The notes under the pieces are model-generated. The model was not told the origin of the DNA. It did no database searches and worked only from the letters and a program-made list of their open reading frames with translations. A stretch of 48,068 nt of DNA from a plasmid. A program made the translations under genes and the position numbers. This document shows positions 17,664 through 25,849 of this stretch, one piece after another (position 1 is the stretch's first letter; each line of letters opens with the position of its first letter). The stretch lies in sequence record NZ_CP008945.1; one strand, written 5' to 3'.

Positions 17664-18961
17664 ATCCTCCTCCTTACAGAAGATTCACTCATAGGTTCCT
17701 CAGCCGGTTCAGGCTCTGGTTCAGACTCGGTTGTCTGCGCGTATGCCCCTGCGAGACTGAGCGGGAGCATGTTGCCGTTGACGAGGTAGAGGTCGCCGCC
17801 AGCCTCGATGCTGATGCGGTCGAGGTTTTCTAGTTCGCGGATATCGTTAGCGCTCATCCACCCGTTCTGCCGTGCCACCGCGTATCCATCCATCCGTGAC
17901 TTGTAATCCCCTCGCAGGAGTCCTTCGAGGTTGAACTTCACATACACGCCAGGCTTTTCACGCGGGCTGAGGAGGGTTTTGGTGATGGCTTGTTCGAAGC
18001 GGATCACCCACGGGTCCAACGTGTATTTCACAAACTCCAACGACTGCTGCTCAATATTGCTAAAGGAACTCTTTTCGAGGTCGCCGATCATGTGCGGCGG
18101 AATACGGAAGATTCGAGCAATTTCGTTGATCTGAAACTTTCTCGTTTCAAGGAATTGAGCTTGTTCTGGGCTGACGGAGATCGGCGTGTACTTCATACCC
18201 TCCTCAAGCACAGCGATCTTGTTCCCGTTGCGGGCTCCGCCGAACGTGGACTGCCAGGACTCCCGCACACGTGCTGGGTCTTTGATCGTGCCCGGATGCT
18301 CCAACACACCACCAGGTGCAGCACCGTTAGCAAAAAACGATGCCCCGTAGTCTTCGGTTGCTTGGGCGAGGCCGATGGCGTTCTTTGCCATTGCAATCGG
18401 CGAATAGCCGACCAGCCCGTCAAATCCCAGCCCTGGAATATGCAACACATCGCGGGCTTGCAAGGTGACGGTTTCAAACCTTCCTGTTGGTTCGTCCCAC
18501 GTACGTTGATACTCGTAATACAGCCGCCCAGCCTCATCCCTTCCCACGGTCATCCGGTTGGGCATGAGTGGATACAGGCCGATGACCTCGTCGCGGCCGT
18601 TGCGGATCACCTGTGCAAAAGCATTACCCCAAAGAAGCAAATGCGTCATCAGAGTTTCCCTAAAGACAAAGGATGTCATCTCTGGATTCGGCTCATCATG
18701 AAGCAGTCGATACAACGGATGATCGAGCGCCTTCACCTTCGCGCCATCACTGGATTGTTGGTAGACGTGCAACGGCAGGCCCGCGATAGCTTCAGCCAGA
18801 ATTCGCACGCAACTGTAGACAGCGGTCATCTGCATCGCGCTGCGTTCCGTTACCGGACGACCAGAGCTCGTGGCTCCGAAGAAAAAGCTATATCCAGAGC
18901 TGATCGCGTGATCGTCAGCGGTGCGAGTGGTGTCGCCACGCAGCCAATTTAGAAAACCCAT
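17660..18961 (-). CDS. Portal protein (HK97 family). Likely start at the ATG at 18961; the ORF track extends to 19054.
   Basis: Portal family similarity. Lies downstream of the terminase large subunit. RBS GAAAGG ahead of MGFLNW. Confidence 0.85.
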   Translation of the reverse strand: MGFLNWLRGDTTRTADDHAISSGYSFFFGATSSGRPVTERSAMQMTAVYSCVRILAEAIAGLPLHVYQQSSDGAKVKALDHPLYRLLHDEPNPEMTSFVFRETLMTHLLLWGNAFAQVIRNGRDEVIGLYPLMPNRMTVGRDEAGRLYYEYQRTWDEPTGRFETVTLQARDVLHIPGLGFDGLVGYSPIAMAKNAIGLAQATEDYGASFFANGAAPGGVLEHPGTIKDPARVRESWQSTFGGARNGNKIAVLEEGMKYTPISVSPEQAQFLETRKFQINEIARIFRIPPHMIGDLEKSSFSNIEQQSLEFVKYTLDPWVIRFEQAITKTLLSPREKPGVYVKFNLEGLLRGDYKSRMDGYAVARQNGWMSANDIRELENLDRISIEAGGDLYLVNGNMLPLSLAGAYAQTTESEPEPEPAEEPMSESSVRRRI

Positions 18962-19009
18962 GTGCATACCTTTCAATGAGAGAATCGGTAAGAGAAGGAG
19001 GAGATAGCG

Positions 19010-19549
19010 ATGACCGAGAGTTCGTTCCAACAAGCAAAAGAGGCCTACCGACAAGCGCGTCTCGTTGAACGCGAGAAAATCCGTAACTTGCTTCGATCCA
19101 TGAATTTCGAAGTAATCGACGGTAAAGGAGCCGGAGAAGGTCCTTTCTCCTACCCAAAGAAATCAACGCGAATTCGCCCACAACTAGACCTAAGAAACTG
19201 GATGTGGGTAGAAGGAACGTCACTCAGCGATCCTTCAATCCAGGTTCTCGTCACACTGCAAGTACTTGACTGGGAATGGAAAGAGGAGGATGGCAAGTTA
19301 AAAAATACATCGAGAAATGTGCATGCCCTGTTTGATCGTTTAGGCGTTATTCCTTTTTGCGATGCTCCGCATCCGAAGCTTCGACCAGGTGCGCGTTCAA
19401 AATTCGCGACATGCAACCTCGAGGCCGATAAGTGGGTTAAGAACGCAGTTCTCAACGATCAGTTCCATACGGATATTGACCTCCCGCTGGATGAAATCAA
19501 ACTTCATAATCTCGAGCAGATAATCCGAACGCGATGCTGTCACGCCTAA
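19010..19549 (+). CDS. Hypothetical protein (179 aa). Opposite-strand, low-GC moron between the portal and terminase genes.
   Basis: Strong RBS GAAGGAGGAG. ~48% GC against a ~60% background. Convergent 4-nt overlap with the terL stop. Confidence 0.6.
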   Translation: MTESSFQQAKEAYRQARLVEREKIRNLLRSMNFEVIDGKGAGEGPFSYPKKSTRIRPQLDLRNWMWVEGTSLSDPSIQVLVTLQVLDWEWKEEDGKLKNTSRNVHALFDRLGVIPFCDAPHPKLRPGARSKFATCNLEADKWVKNAVLNDQFHTDIDLPLDEIKLHNLEQIIRTRCCHA

Positions 19550-21153
19550 ATAACGAATAATCCGCGCTCGTCATAAACGCTGCCGCTCACATGTCCGGTG
19601 CCGTTTCGAATGGCGCGATCCAACGCCATGATGGTGGCGACCACGCCGTCGATCTTCTCGGTGCTCTTTTGCTTGTCGGGTTTGATGTTGCCTGCGGGGT
19701 CGGTGCGCACGTGAATGTTATCGACCATCCACGACAGTACCGGATGTCCGCCATGCGCCAACCTGCCCTCCAGCGCGAGCTTCATCAGCTCCTTCGATGG
19801 TGGGCTCATGTCTTTGAAGCCCTGCCCGAAGGGAACGACGGTGAAGCCGAGTCCTTCGAGGTTTTGGCTCATTTGGACTGCGCCCCACCGGTCGAACGCG
19901 ATCTCCCGAATGTCGAACCGGGTGCCGAGTTCTTCGATGAACGCCTCAATCGCGCCATAGTGGACAACGTTTCCTTCGGTCGTCTGCAGGAAGCCTTGCT
20001 GGTGCCAGAGGTCGTAGGGCACGTGGTCGCGAGCCACCCGGAGCTTGAGGTTGTCTTCGGGTATCCAGAACCAGGGTGCGATCACATACGGCTCATCACC
20101 GGTTTGGGGTGGGAAGACGAGGACGAACGCGGTGATGTCCGTCGTGCTGGCGAGATCGAGCCCGCCGTAACAGACCCGGCCTTCCAGGTCGGCAAGGTCG
20201 ACGGGAGCCGAGTTGTTGTTCCACACGTGCATGGGCATCCACCGCACTGACTGCTTGACCCACTGGTTCAACCTGAGCTGGCGGAAGGTGTTTTCTTCGG
20301 CCGGATTCTGCCTGGCCGAGTTGCAGGCTTGGCGAACCTTCTCGATCGGCACTGTAATCCCCAGCGACGGGTTGGCTTTTGCCCAGACGGCTTCGTCGGT
20401 CCAGTCGTCGTCACGATCCGCGCCGTAGATGACCGGGTAGAAGGTCGGGTCATGTTTCTTGCCTGCGAGGATGTCCTCGGCTTTCTCGTGCTGCTCATAA
20501 CAAATCGAATGCGTGTCGGTACCCGCTGTCGTGATGAGAAAGTACAGCGGCTGGGTGCGGGCATCACCGCTGCCTTTGGTCATCACATCGAACAAGGCGC
20601 GGCCTGGTTGGGTGTGGAGTTCGTCGAAGACGACACCGGAAATGTTGAACCCGTGCTTCGAATACGCCTCTGCTGAGAGGACTTGGTAGAAGCTGTTGGT
20701 GGGCTTGTAGATGATGCGCTTTTGCGAGGCAAGAATCTTGACACGCTTGGACAGGGCGGGGCTCATGCGCACCATGTCGGCCGCGACCTCAAACACGATA
20801 GAGGCTTGCTGGCGGTCTGCCGCGCACCCATACACTTCAGCGCGTTCTTCACCATCCCCGCAGGTGAGCAGGAGCGCAACTGCGGCGGCGAGCTCTGATT
20901 TGCCCATCTTTTTGGGTATCTCGACGTAGGCGGTGGTGAACTGGCGGTAGCCGTCTTCTTTGACGGTGCCGAACAAGTCACGGATGATCTGTTCCTGCCA
21001 GTCGATGAGCTGGAAGGGCTTGCCTGACCAGCGGCCCTTCGTATGCTTCAAAGCTTGAATGAAGGCGACCGCGAAGTCGGCCTTCCGCTTGTCATAGGTG
21101 GAGCCTTCGGCCATGAACCGGGTCGGCGTGTAGGTGTCGAGGATGCGCATCAC
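19546..21153 (-). CDS. terL: Terminase large subunit.
   Basis: 535 aa. ATPase and nuclease domains. N-terminal MRILDTYTPTRFM...GKPF...LIDWQ pattern. Confidence 0.9.
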   Translation of the reverse strand: MMRILDTYTPTRFMAEGSTYDKRKADFAVAFIQALKHTKGRWSGKPFQLIDWQEQIIRDLFGTVKEDGYRQFTTAYVEIPKKMGKSELAAAVALLLTCGDGEERAEVYGCAADRQQASIVFEVAADMVRMSPALSKRVKILASQKRIIYKPTNSFYQVLSAEAYSKHGFNISGVVFDELHTQPGRALFDVMTKGSGDARTQPLYFLITTAGTDTHSICYEQHEKAEDILAGKKHDPTFYPVIYGADRDDDWTDEAVWAKANPSLGITVPIEKVRQACNSARQNPAEENTFRQLRLNQWVKQSVRWMPMHVWNNNSAPVDLADLEGRVCYGGLDLASTTDITAFVLVFPPQTGDEPYVIAPWFWIPEDNLKLRVARDHVPYDLWHQQGFLQTTEGNVVHYGAIEAFIEELGTRFDIREIAFDRWGAVQMSQNLEGLGFTVVPFGQGFKDMSPPSKELMKLALEGRLAHGGHPVLSWMVDNIHVRTDPAGNIKPDKQKSTEKIDGVVATIMALDRAIRNGTGHVSGSVYDERGLFVI

Positions 21154-21179
21154 GCCCGTCAGGTTCCTTCCTGCATTGG

Positions 21180-21467
21180 TTAGTTGGTGTGGGCAAGGGC
21201 CCAGGCGATGGCGTGGCCGGCGTCGGCGAACAGTTCGTCAGCCTCGGCAACCAGGGTAAGTTCGCATTCACTGAAACTGCGGGCGTCTGGTCCCCAGCCG
21301 CCGATGGGCGCCTCGGCGAGTTTGTAGACGCGGGCGTCGTTTCCGATCCGGCCTTTACCCAGGTGCCGGTATGCCGAGGCGAGCACGAAATCTCCGTAGG
21401 CGATCACCGTGCCGTAGCTGTCGGTCGCCATCTGCAGCTGCTCCATCGTGGTCTTGCCGTTGTTCAT
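21180..21467 (-). CDS. Small hypothetical protein Y1, starting MVMNNGK after the RBS AAAGGAG. The ORF-track N-terminus is read-through of the promoter module.
   Basis: RBS and start context GGAG.ATGGTCATGA is conserved with the gene at 22235..22423. Confidence 0.45.
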   Translation of the reverse strand: MNNGKTTMEQLQMATDSYGTVIAYGDFVLASAYRHLGKGRIGNDARVYKLAEAPIGGWGPDARSFSECELTLVAEADELFADAGHAIAWALAHTN

Positions 21468-21491
21468 GACCATCTCCTTTGCCTCTTGTTC

Positions 21492-21545
21492 GGTCATGTA
21501 CATACAGCCATAGGTGTGCGCGGTTATCCAGTCGTTTTCGGCGTA
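21492..21545 (-). promoter_or_regulatory. R-motif copy 4 (CGAAAACGACTGGATAACC...CACCTATGGCTGTATGTACATGACC).
   Basis: Near-identical to the copy at 22467..22515. Contains the palindrome CATGTACATG. Confidence 0.5.
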
Positions 21546-21592
21546 TTTACACGGGAAGAATAGAGATTCTGATCTCTTGCATATTTCCCGTT

Positions 21593-21714
21593 TATTCGGC
21601 CTGTGTGGGCGTGGTTTTCCACGCCGCATTCCCTTCCAAGTTGGTCAGCAGGACTCGGCGCACGTTCTTGTAACTGTCACCGATCATTCCCAGGCGTAGG
21701 AGCCAGCAGCGCAT
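21593..21714 (-). CDS. Conserved small peptide ORF (MRCWLLRLGMIGDSYKNVRRVLLTNLEGNAAWKTTPTQAE). It overlaps the 3' end of gene X1 in the -1 frame, and may be a frameshift-fused C-terminus.
   Basis: The paralogous copy at 22738..22860 differs mainly by synonymous third-position changes in this frame. Confidence 0.45.
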
Positions 21715-22238
21715 CGCATACTTATCATTCCCTGGTTCAGGTGGTTTCGGTGAGATGCGGGGGAGGTCTTGGCTTGCTCGATCATGAGCTGAAGGAGCAC
21801 ACTGGCCGCCTCGATCACCTCCGCGTCAGGAAGTTGTTCGAACCAGGCAAACTCAACCGTTCCCTCCACCGCATTCAAATTCATCGGAGTGGCCGGAATG
21901 CCCAGCGCCTTAGCGATGAGTTCTCCCTTGGCGGCGAGCAGGGCTTCGAGCTTCGCGGCTGTGGTCTCGTCCCACCCGGTCGTGGGGAAAGCAAGCATCA
22001 GCCCGTACTCCTCGCTCGTGGGCGCGAACCCGGCCTTCTGTGTGGCTTCAATGAGCGCTTCAGTGTAGAGGTCGTTTGGGAGGTGGAGCACCCAATCCCG
22101 ATCAAGGCGCGCCTGCCCAATCTCATAGTCGAAGGTCGGAGCACCCGCATAAACTGCCGTGAGACCAAGGTGAGCGGCGATGGTGTCGGCGAGTTTCTTA
22201 CGCCCGCTCTTGTTAGAGACGAACGAAATTTGGTTCAT
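21684..22238 (-). CDS. Hypothetical protein X1 (184 aa) with two HTH-like KL..IA..LG segments.
   Basis: ORF. Paralogous to the disrupted copy at 22738..23113. Confidence 0.55.
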   Translation of the reverse strand: MNQISFVSNKSGRKKLADTIAAHLGLTAVYAGAPTFDYEIGQARLDRDWVLHLPNDLYTEALIEATQKAGFAPTSEEYGLMLAFPTTGWDETTAAKLEALLAAKGELIAKALGIPATPMNLNAVEGTVEFAWFEQLPDAEVIEAASVLLQLMIEQAKTSPASHRNHLNQGMISMRCAAGSYAWE

Positions 22239-22423
22239 GCCGCCACACCCTCACCGTCAAACCAAAACTCGACCAGTTGCAGGTAGCCGGTTGCGTCGTG
22301 TTCGATCGCACCGGCAACCAGCGGGAAGTTCCACTTTCGTGCAATGTCGAGGGCTTCTTCGACGTCCCAGATATTGATGCCCGCTTCGAGCATCTCGCTA
22401 ATCTCAATATGCAAATCACTCAT
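22235..22423 (-). CDS. Small hypothetical protein Y2 (MVMSDLHIEISEML...).
   Basis: RBS GGAGGA. Conserved start context. Located downstream of R-motif copy 3. Confidence 0.45.
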   Translation of the reverse strand: MSDLHIEISEMLEAGINIWDVEEALDIARKWNFPLVAGAIEHDATGYLQLVEFWFDGEGVAA

Positions 22424-22466
22424 GACCATCCTCCATCTCACGTTTGCTCTTGTCAGGGATTCGTTT

Positions 22467-22515
22467 GGTCATGTACATACAGCCATAGGTGCGGCGCTAC
22501 ATCCAGTCATTTTCG
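22467..22515 (-). promoter_or_regulatory. R-motif copy 3.
   Basis: CGAAAATGACTGGAT...CACCTATGGCTGTATGTACATGACC. Confidence 0.5.
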
Positions 22516-22737
22516 CCCTGAATATCAACGAAAAATAGCGGTCTGCATCACTGACTTTGTGGAAGGTATTCCCACCTGTCAACACCGGGGATCAGGCCGG
22601 GTGTTGAGCCTGTGCAGTCAACGTGGACCGTCCCGCATCTTCAACAAGCATGCCCGTTTGTCAGATGCAAGGTAGGCGTATGGATCCGTGGTCGCGATGA
22701 GCCGAAGCAGACGCCCTTCACGCTTTCCGCTCATTAC

Positions 22738-23113
22738 TCACCCCTCATGTGCGGGTGCGGTTTTCCATGCCGCGTTGCCTTCCAGATTCGCCAGCAGGAC
22801 TCGGCGCACGTGCTTGTAGCTGTCGCCGATCATGTCTAGGCGCAGCAGCCAGCAGCGCATCGCATACTTGTCATTTCCACCTGTCTGGGCAGGCTTCGCG
22901 GATACTCTCGTGGCGACCTTGGCGTGTTCGATGATCCGGGCGATCAACACCGTCACGGCCTCCACCACCTGCGGGTCAGGCACTTGGAGAACCAGGGGAA
23001 CTCGACCGTCCCGGCCTTTTCGGCGATGTTCATCGGGGTTACGGGGATTTGAAGTGCCTTGGCGATGAGGGCGGCGAGCTGCTTGCGGCCCTTGGCCTGT
23101 TTGGTGAACTGGA
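22738..23113 (-). pseudogene. Frameshifted paralogue (X2) of gene X1. An N-terminal frame (MTTIQFTKQAKGRKQLAALIAKALQIPVTPMNIAEKAGTVEF) is followed, after a 1-nt deletion, by a second frame carrying the conserved ...IEHAK...NDKYAMRCWLLRLDMIGDSYKHVRRVLLANLEGNAAWKTAPAHEG tail.
   Basis: Alignment to X1 shows a 1-nt deletion near tggttc|tccaag. The 244-aa ORF 22738..23472 is a composite of frames. Confidence 0.4.
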
Positions 23114-23156
23114 TTGTTGTCATGACCGGCTCCTTTACGTGTTTCCCAAGTCGGGG

Positions 23157-23213
23157 TGGCGTTTTGGGTCATGTACATACACACTCTAAACGCGCCGGTT
23201 ATCCAGTCGTATC
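23157..23213 (-). promoter_or_regulatory. R-motif copy 2 (CGATACGACTGGATAACCGG...TTTAGAGTGTGTATGTACATGACCC). It overlaps the 3' end of the C5-MTase gene.
   Basis: Shares both the R1 segment and the GGTCATGTACATAC segment of copies 3 and 4. Confidence 0.5.
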
Positions 23214-24602
23214 GACCACGTTTTCCACTCTTTCCAGGACGTGTTCGGCTACCGGCAGTGCGATCCCGTTGCCCCACAACTTGTACTGCGCCGAATCCGA
23301 CGCCGGGTCTGCGAGCCAGCTGGCGACCTGCTTGCGGGAGCGCGGCCTGACGCCTCGGAGGCGGTTCCATTCGGCCCACACGTCCACCCAGTAGTCGAGC
23401 TGGGCATCGGTGGGGTCGGTGATGGCGAGCTGGTCGCACCAGTCGTCGGGGAAGCCCTGCAACCGGGCGCACTCGACCGGCGTCAACCGCCTGGGACGCA
23501 GCGAGTGCCCGGCCACCATGGGCGGATCGGTGTAATCCGAGGCCAACAAGGCACCGGCCTGATCCTTGGTGGCGCGGATGAAATAGTCGGCCTTGGATGC
23601 GGCATAGACGGGCTCCAAGATGACCATGCCGCCCTGGTTGCAGGTCGGCTCCCCGCCTTTCAGGTCGAGGGTTTTCGACACTTCCGCTTCGTAGCCGTAG
23701 TGGCCGCCACCGCTGCGGGACAGGTGGATCGAATTCAGACCAAACACCCTGCGTTCCTCTGGGGCGTCGAGGAGGATGGGCACGTTGGTGGGTGAGTTGC
23801 CCATCCGGGCAGTCAACGTCTGCACCACCCCCAAGGAGTCGACGGTCAACCTCAAGTCCTGCAGATGATGATCCATCAATATCACCGAGCCGCTACGGAC
23901 TCCAAGGCTTGCTTCAGGGGTGTGGGCATGGTCTTGTTCTTGCGTGCCGCACGATTCAGGATGCCCTGAGCTGCTCGCGGGCTCAAAAAGAATCTCGGGT
24001 GCGGCTCGGCCTGCAAAATCTGCGACAAGGTAGATGCGGCGACGTCGTTGGACCAGACCGAAATGTTGCGCATCGAGTACACGCCACGCAACCGAGCATC
24101 CACCTGCCACAACGCATCCCGCATCTGTCCACCGGGGTACAGGGACAGGCACGTCAGCAACGGTCGGGCTCTGGATGCGGATGAGGCTCGTGAGGACCGC
24201 CGCGAAATCCGCCCCTTGGTTGGAGGAGAAGGCTCCCGGCACGTTCTCCCAGACAGCAAATCGGGGATATCGGTCATTAGTCGCCTCCCTCATTTCCTTG
24301 ATGATGCGAACAGCCTGAAAGAACAGGCCAGAACGAGAACCTGCCAGCCCGGTCTGCCGTCCTGCGACCGACAGGTCTTGGCACGGCGACCCGAACGAGA
24401 CGATGTCCACCGGCTCGATCACGGTGCCGTCGATAGTGTTGACGTCGCCGAGGTGGGTGACCGCGGGCAGACGGGTGGAGGTGACCAGAATCGGAAACGG
24501 CTCCACCTCGGACGCCCAGACGGGGCGGATACCGACGTGGAGGGCGGCGAGTGGGAAACCGCCCGACCCGTCAAACAGAGAACCAAGCGTCAACGCGGTC
24601 AT
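23199..24602 (-). CDS. DNA (cytosine-5)-methyltransferase.
   Basis: Motif I LFDGSGGF. PC-like region. ENV motif AVWENVPG. QRRR motif. The ATG at 24602 overlaps the upstream stop (ATGA). Confidence 0.85.
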   Translation of the reverse strand: MTALTLGSLFDGSGGFPLAALHVGIRPVWASEVEPFPILVTSTRLPAVTHLGDVNTIDGTVIEPVDIVSFGSPCQDLSVAGRQTGLAGSRSGLFFQAVRIIKEMREATNDRYPRFAVWENVPGAFSSNQGADFAAVLTSLIRIQSPTVADVPVPVPRWTDAGCVVAGGCSVAWRVLDAQHFGLVQRRRRIYLVADFAGRAAPEILFEPASSSGHPESCGTQEQDHAHTPEASLGVRSGSVILMDHHLQDLRLTVDSLGVVQTLTARMGNSPTNVPILLDAPEERRVFGLNSIHLSRSGGGHYGYEAEVSKTLDLKGGEPTCNQGGMVILEPVYAASKADYFIRATKDQAGALLASDYTDPPMVAGHSLRPRRLTPVECARLQGFPDDWCDQLAITDPTDAQLDYWVDVWAEWNRLRGVRPRSRKQVASWLADPASDSAQYKLWGNGIALPVAEHVLERVENVVDTTG

Positions 24603-25849
24603 GTGGTGCCTCGATCCACTGCCTTCACCACATCCAGGTAGGCGAGCTGGTGGCCGTCGCGGAGACACGTGATGCCTGCGGCGTCTCCGGTGGCGTCAGC
24701 ATAGCGGCGCAGAATAACGCTCGCGTATTTTTCGTCGAGCTCCATGCAATAGCAGATGCGGTCGGTTGCCTCAGCTGCCATGAGCGTGGAGCCCGAGCCT
24801 GCGAACGTGTCGAGCACGATCGCATTGGCCTGCGTGGAGTTCCCAATCGGATACGCCAACAAGTCCAGTGGCTTGCTGGTTGGGTGGTCGGCGTTGCGGC
24901 GGGGCTTGGCGAAGTTCCAGATCGTCGTCTGCTTACGATCCGCATACCAGCGATGCTTACCCGTCTTCACCCAGCCAAAGAGCACCGGCTCATGCTGCCA
25001 CTGATACGGGGATCGGCTAAGGACGAGGGAATCTTTCACCCAGATGCAACACCCAGACAGATAGAAACCGGCATCAGCGAACGCTTTACGGAAGTTGAGA
25101 CCTTCAGTGTCAGCGTGGAAAACATAAGCGGACGCACCCTTCTCACACACCGCCGCCATGTTCGTAAACGCCGATAGCAGTAAGTCGTAGAACTTATCGC
25201 CATCCATCTTGTCGTTCTTGATCGACAAACCCGACCCTGATTCGAAGGCGACGTTATAGGGCGGATCGGTGAGCACAAGATTGGCTTTCTTGCCATCCAT
25301 CAGCGTGGCGACATCGTCGGCGCTGGTGGCATCCCCGCACACGAGTCGATGGCGGCCGACCGTCCAGATATCCCCACGCTCCACGAACGCGGCGGCCTCC
25401 AGGGCGGCGGTAAGGTCGAAATCATCATCCGCCACCTCGCCCTCATCCAATGAGCCGATAAGCTGCGCGATCTCAGCATCGTCAAAGCCAGTCAGTTCAG
25501 CATCGAAATCCGAAGCATCGAGGTCGGCGATGAGGAGGGCGAGTTTGGATTCATCCCACTCGCCACTGATCTTGTTCAAGGCAATGTTGAGTGCTTTCTC
25601 GCGGGTCTCATCAAGCTCAACAACGATCACGTCCACATGCTCGTGGCCGAGGTCTTCCAGCACCTTCAAGCGCTGATGACCACCTACAATGTTGCCGGTG
25701 GTCTGGTTCCAGATGACGGGTTCAACGTAGCCAAACTCGGTCAGGGATCGCTTGAGCTTCTCATACTCAGCATCACCAGGCTGAAGATCTTTACGCGGAT
25801 TGTAATCAGCAGGCTTCAACTCACCTATCGGCATCGTTTTCATGAGCAT
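24599..25849 (-). CDS. ParB-like N-terminal nuclease domain fused to a DNA methyltransferase (N6-adenine or N4-cytosine, DPPY motif).
   Basis: ParB/Srx-like GGHQRL segment. TDPPYN catalytic motif. SAM-binding FAGSGST. Confidence 0.8.
   Translation of the reverse strand: MLMKTMPIGELKPADYNPRKDLQPGDAEYEKLKRSLTEFGYVEPVIWNQTTGNIVGGHQRLKVLEDLGHEHVDVIVVELDETREKALNIALNKISGEWDESKLALLIADLDASDFDAELTGFDDAEIAQLIGSLDEGEVADDDFDLTAALEAAAFVERGDIWTVGRHRLVCGDATSADDVATLMDGKKANLVLTDPPYNVAFESGSGLSIKNDKMDGDKFYDLLLSAFTNMAAVCEKGASAYVFHADTEGLNFRKAFADAGFYLSGCCIWVKDSLVLSRSPYQWQHEPVLFGWVKTGKHRWYADRKQTTIWNFAKPRRNADHPTSKPLDLLAYPIGNSTQANAIVLDTFAGSGSTLMAAEATDRICYCMELDEKYASVILRRYADATGDAAGITCLRDGHQLAYLDVVKAVDRGTT

Noticed and set aside
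17990-18952. 320-aa plus-strand ORF inside the portal gene.
   Set aside because: Antisense to a well-supported portal gene. No RBS.
21684-22238. Possibility that X1 is the real terminase small subunit (HTH-like N-terminus, just upstream of terL).
   Set aside because: No oligomerisation or TerS signature could be recognised. HNH-adjacent 27094..27666 fits the P27-type position better. This is left open as an alternative in the findings.
22738-23472. 244-aa minus-strand ORF (MRPVAGLPRR...).
   Set aside because: This is a composite frame. It overlaps the Dcm 3' end and R-motif 2 out of frame. Only its C-terminal ~80 codons correspond to real coding sequence (the X2 tail).
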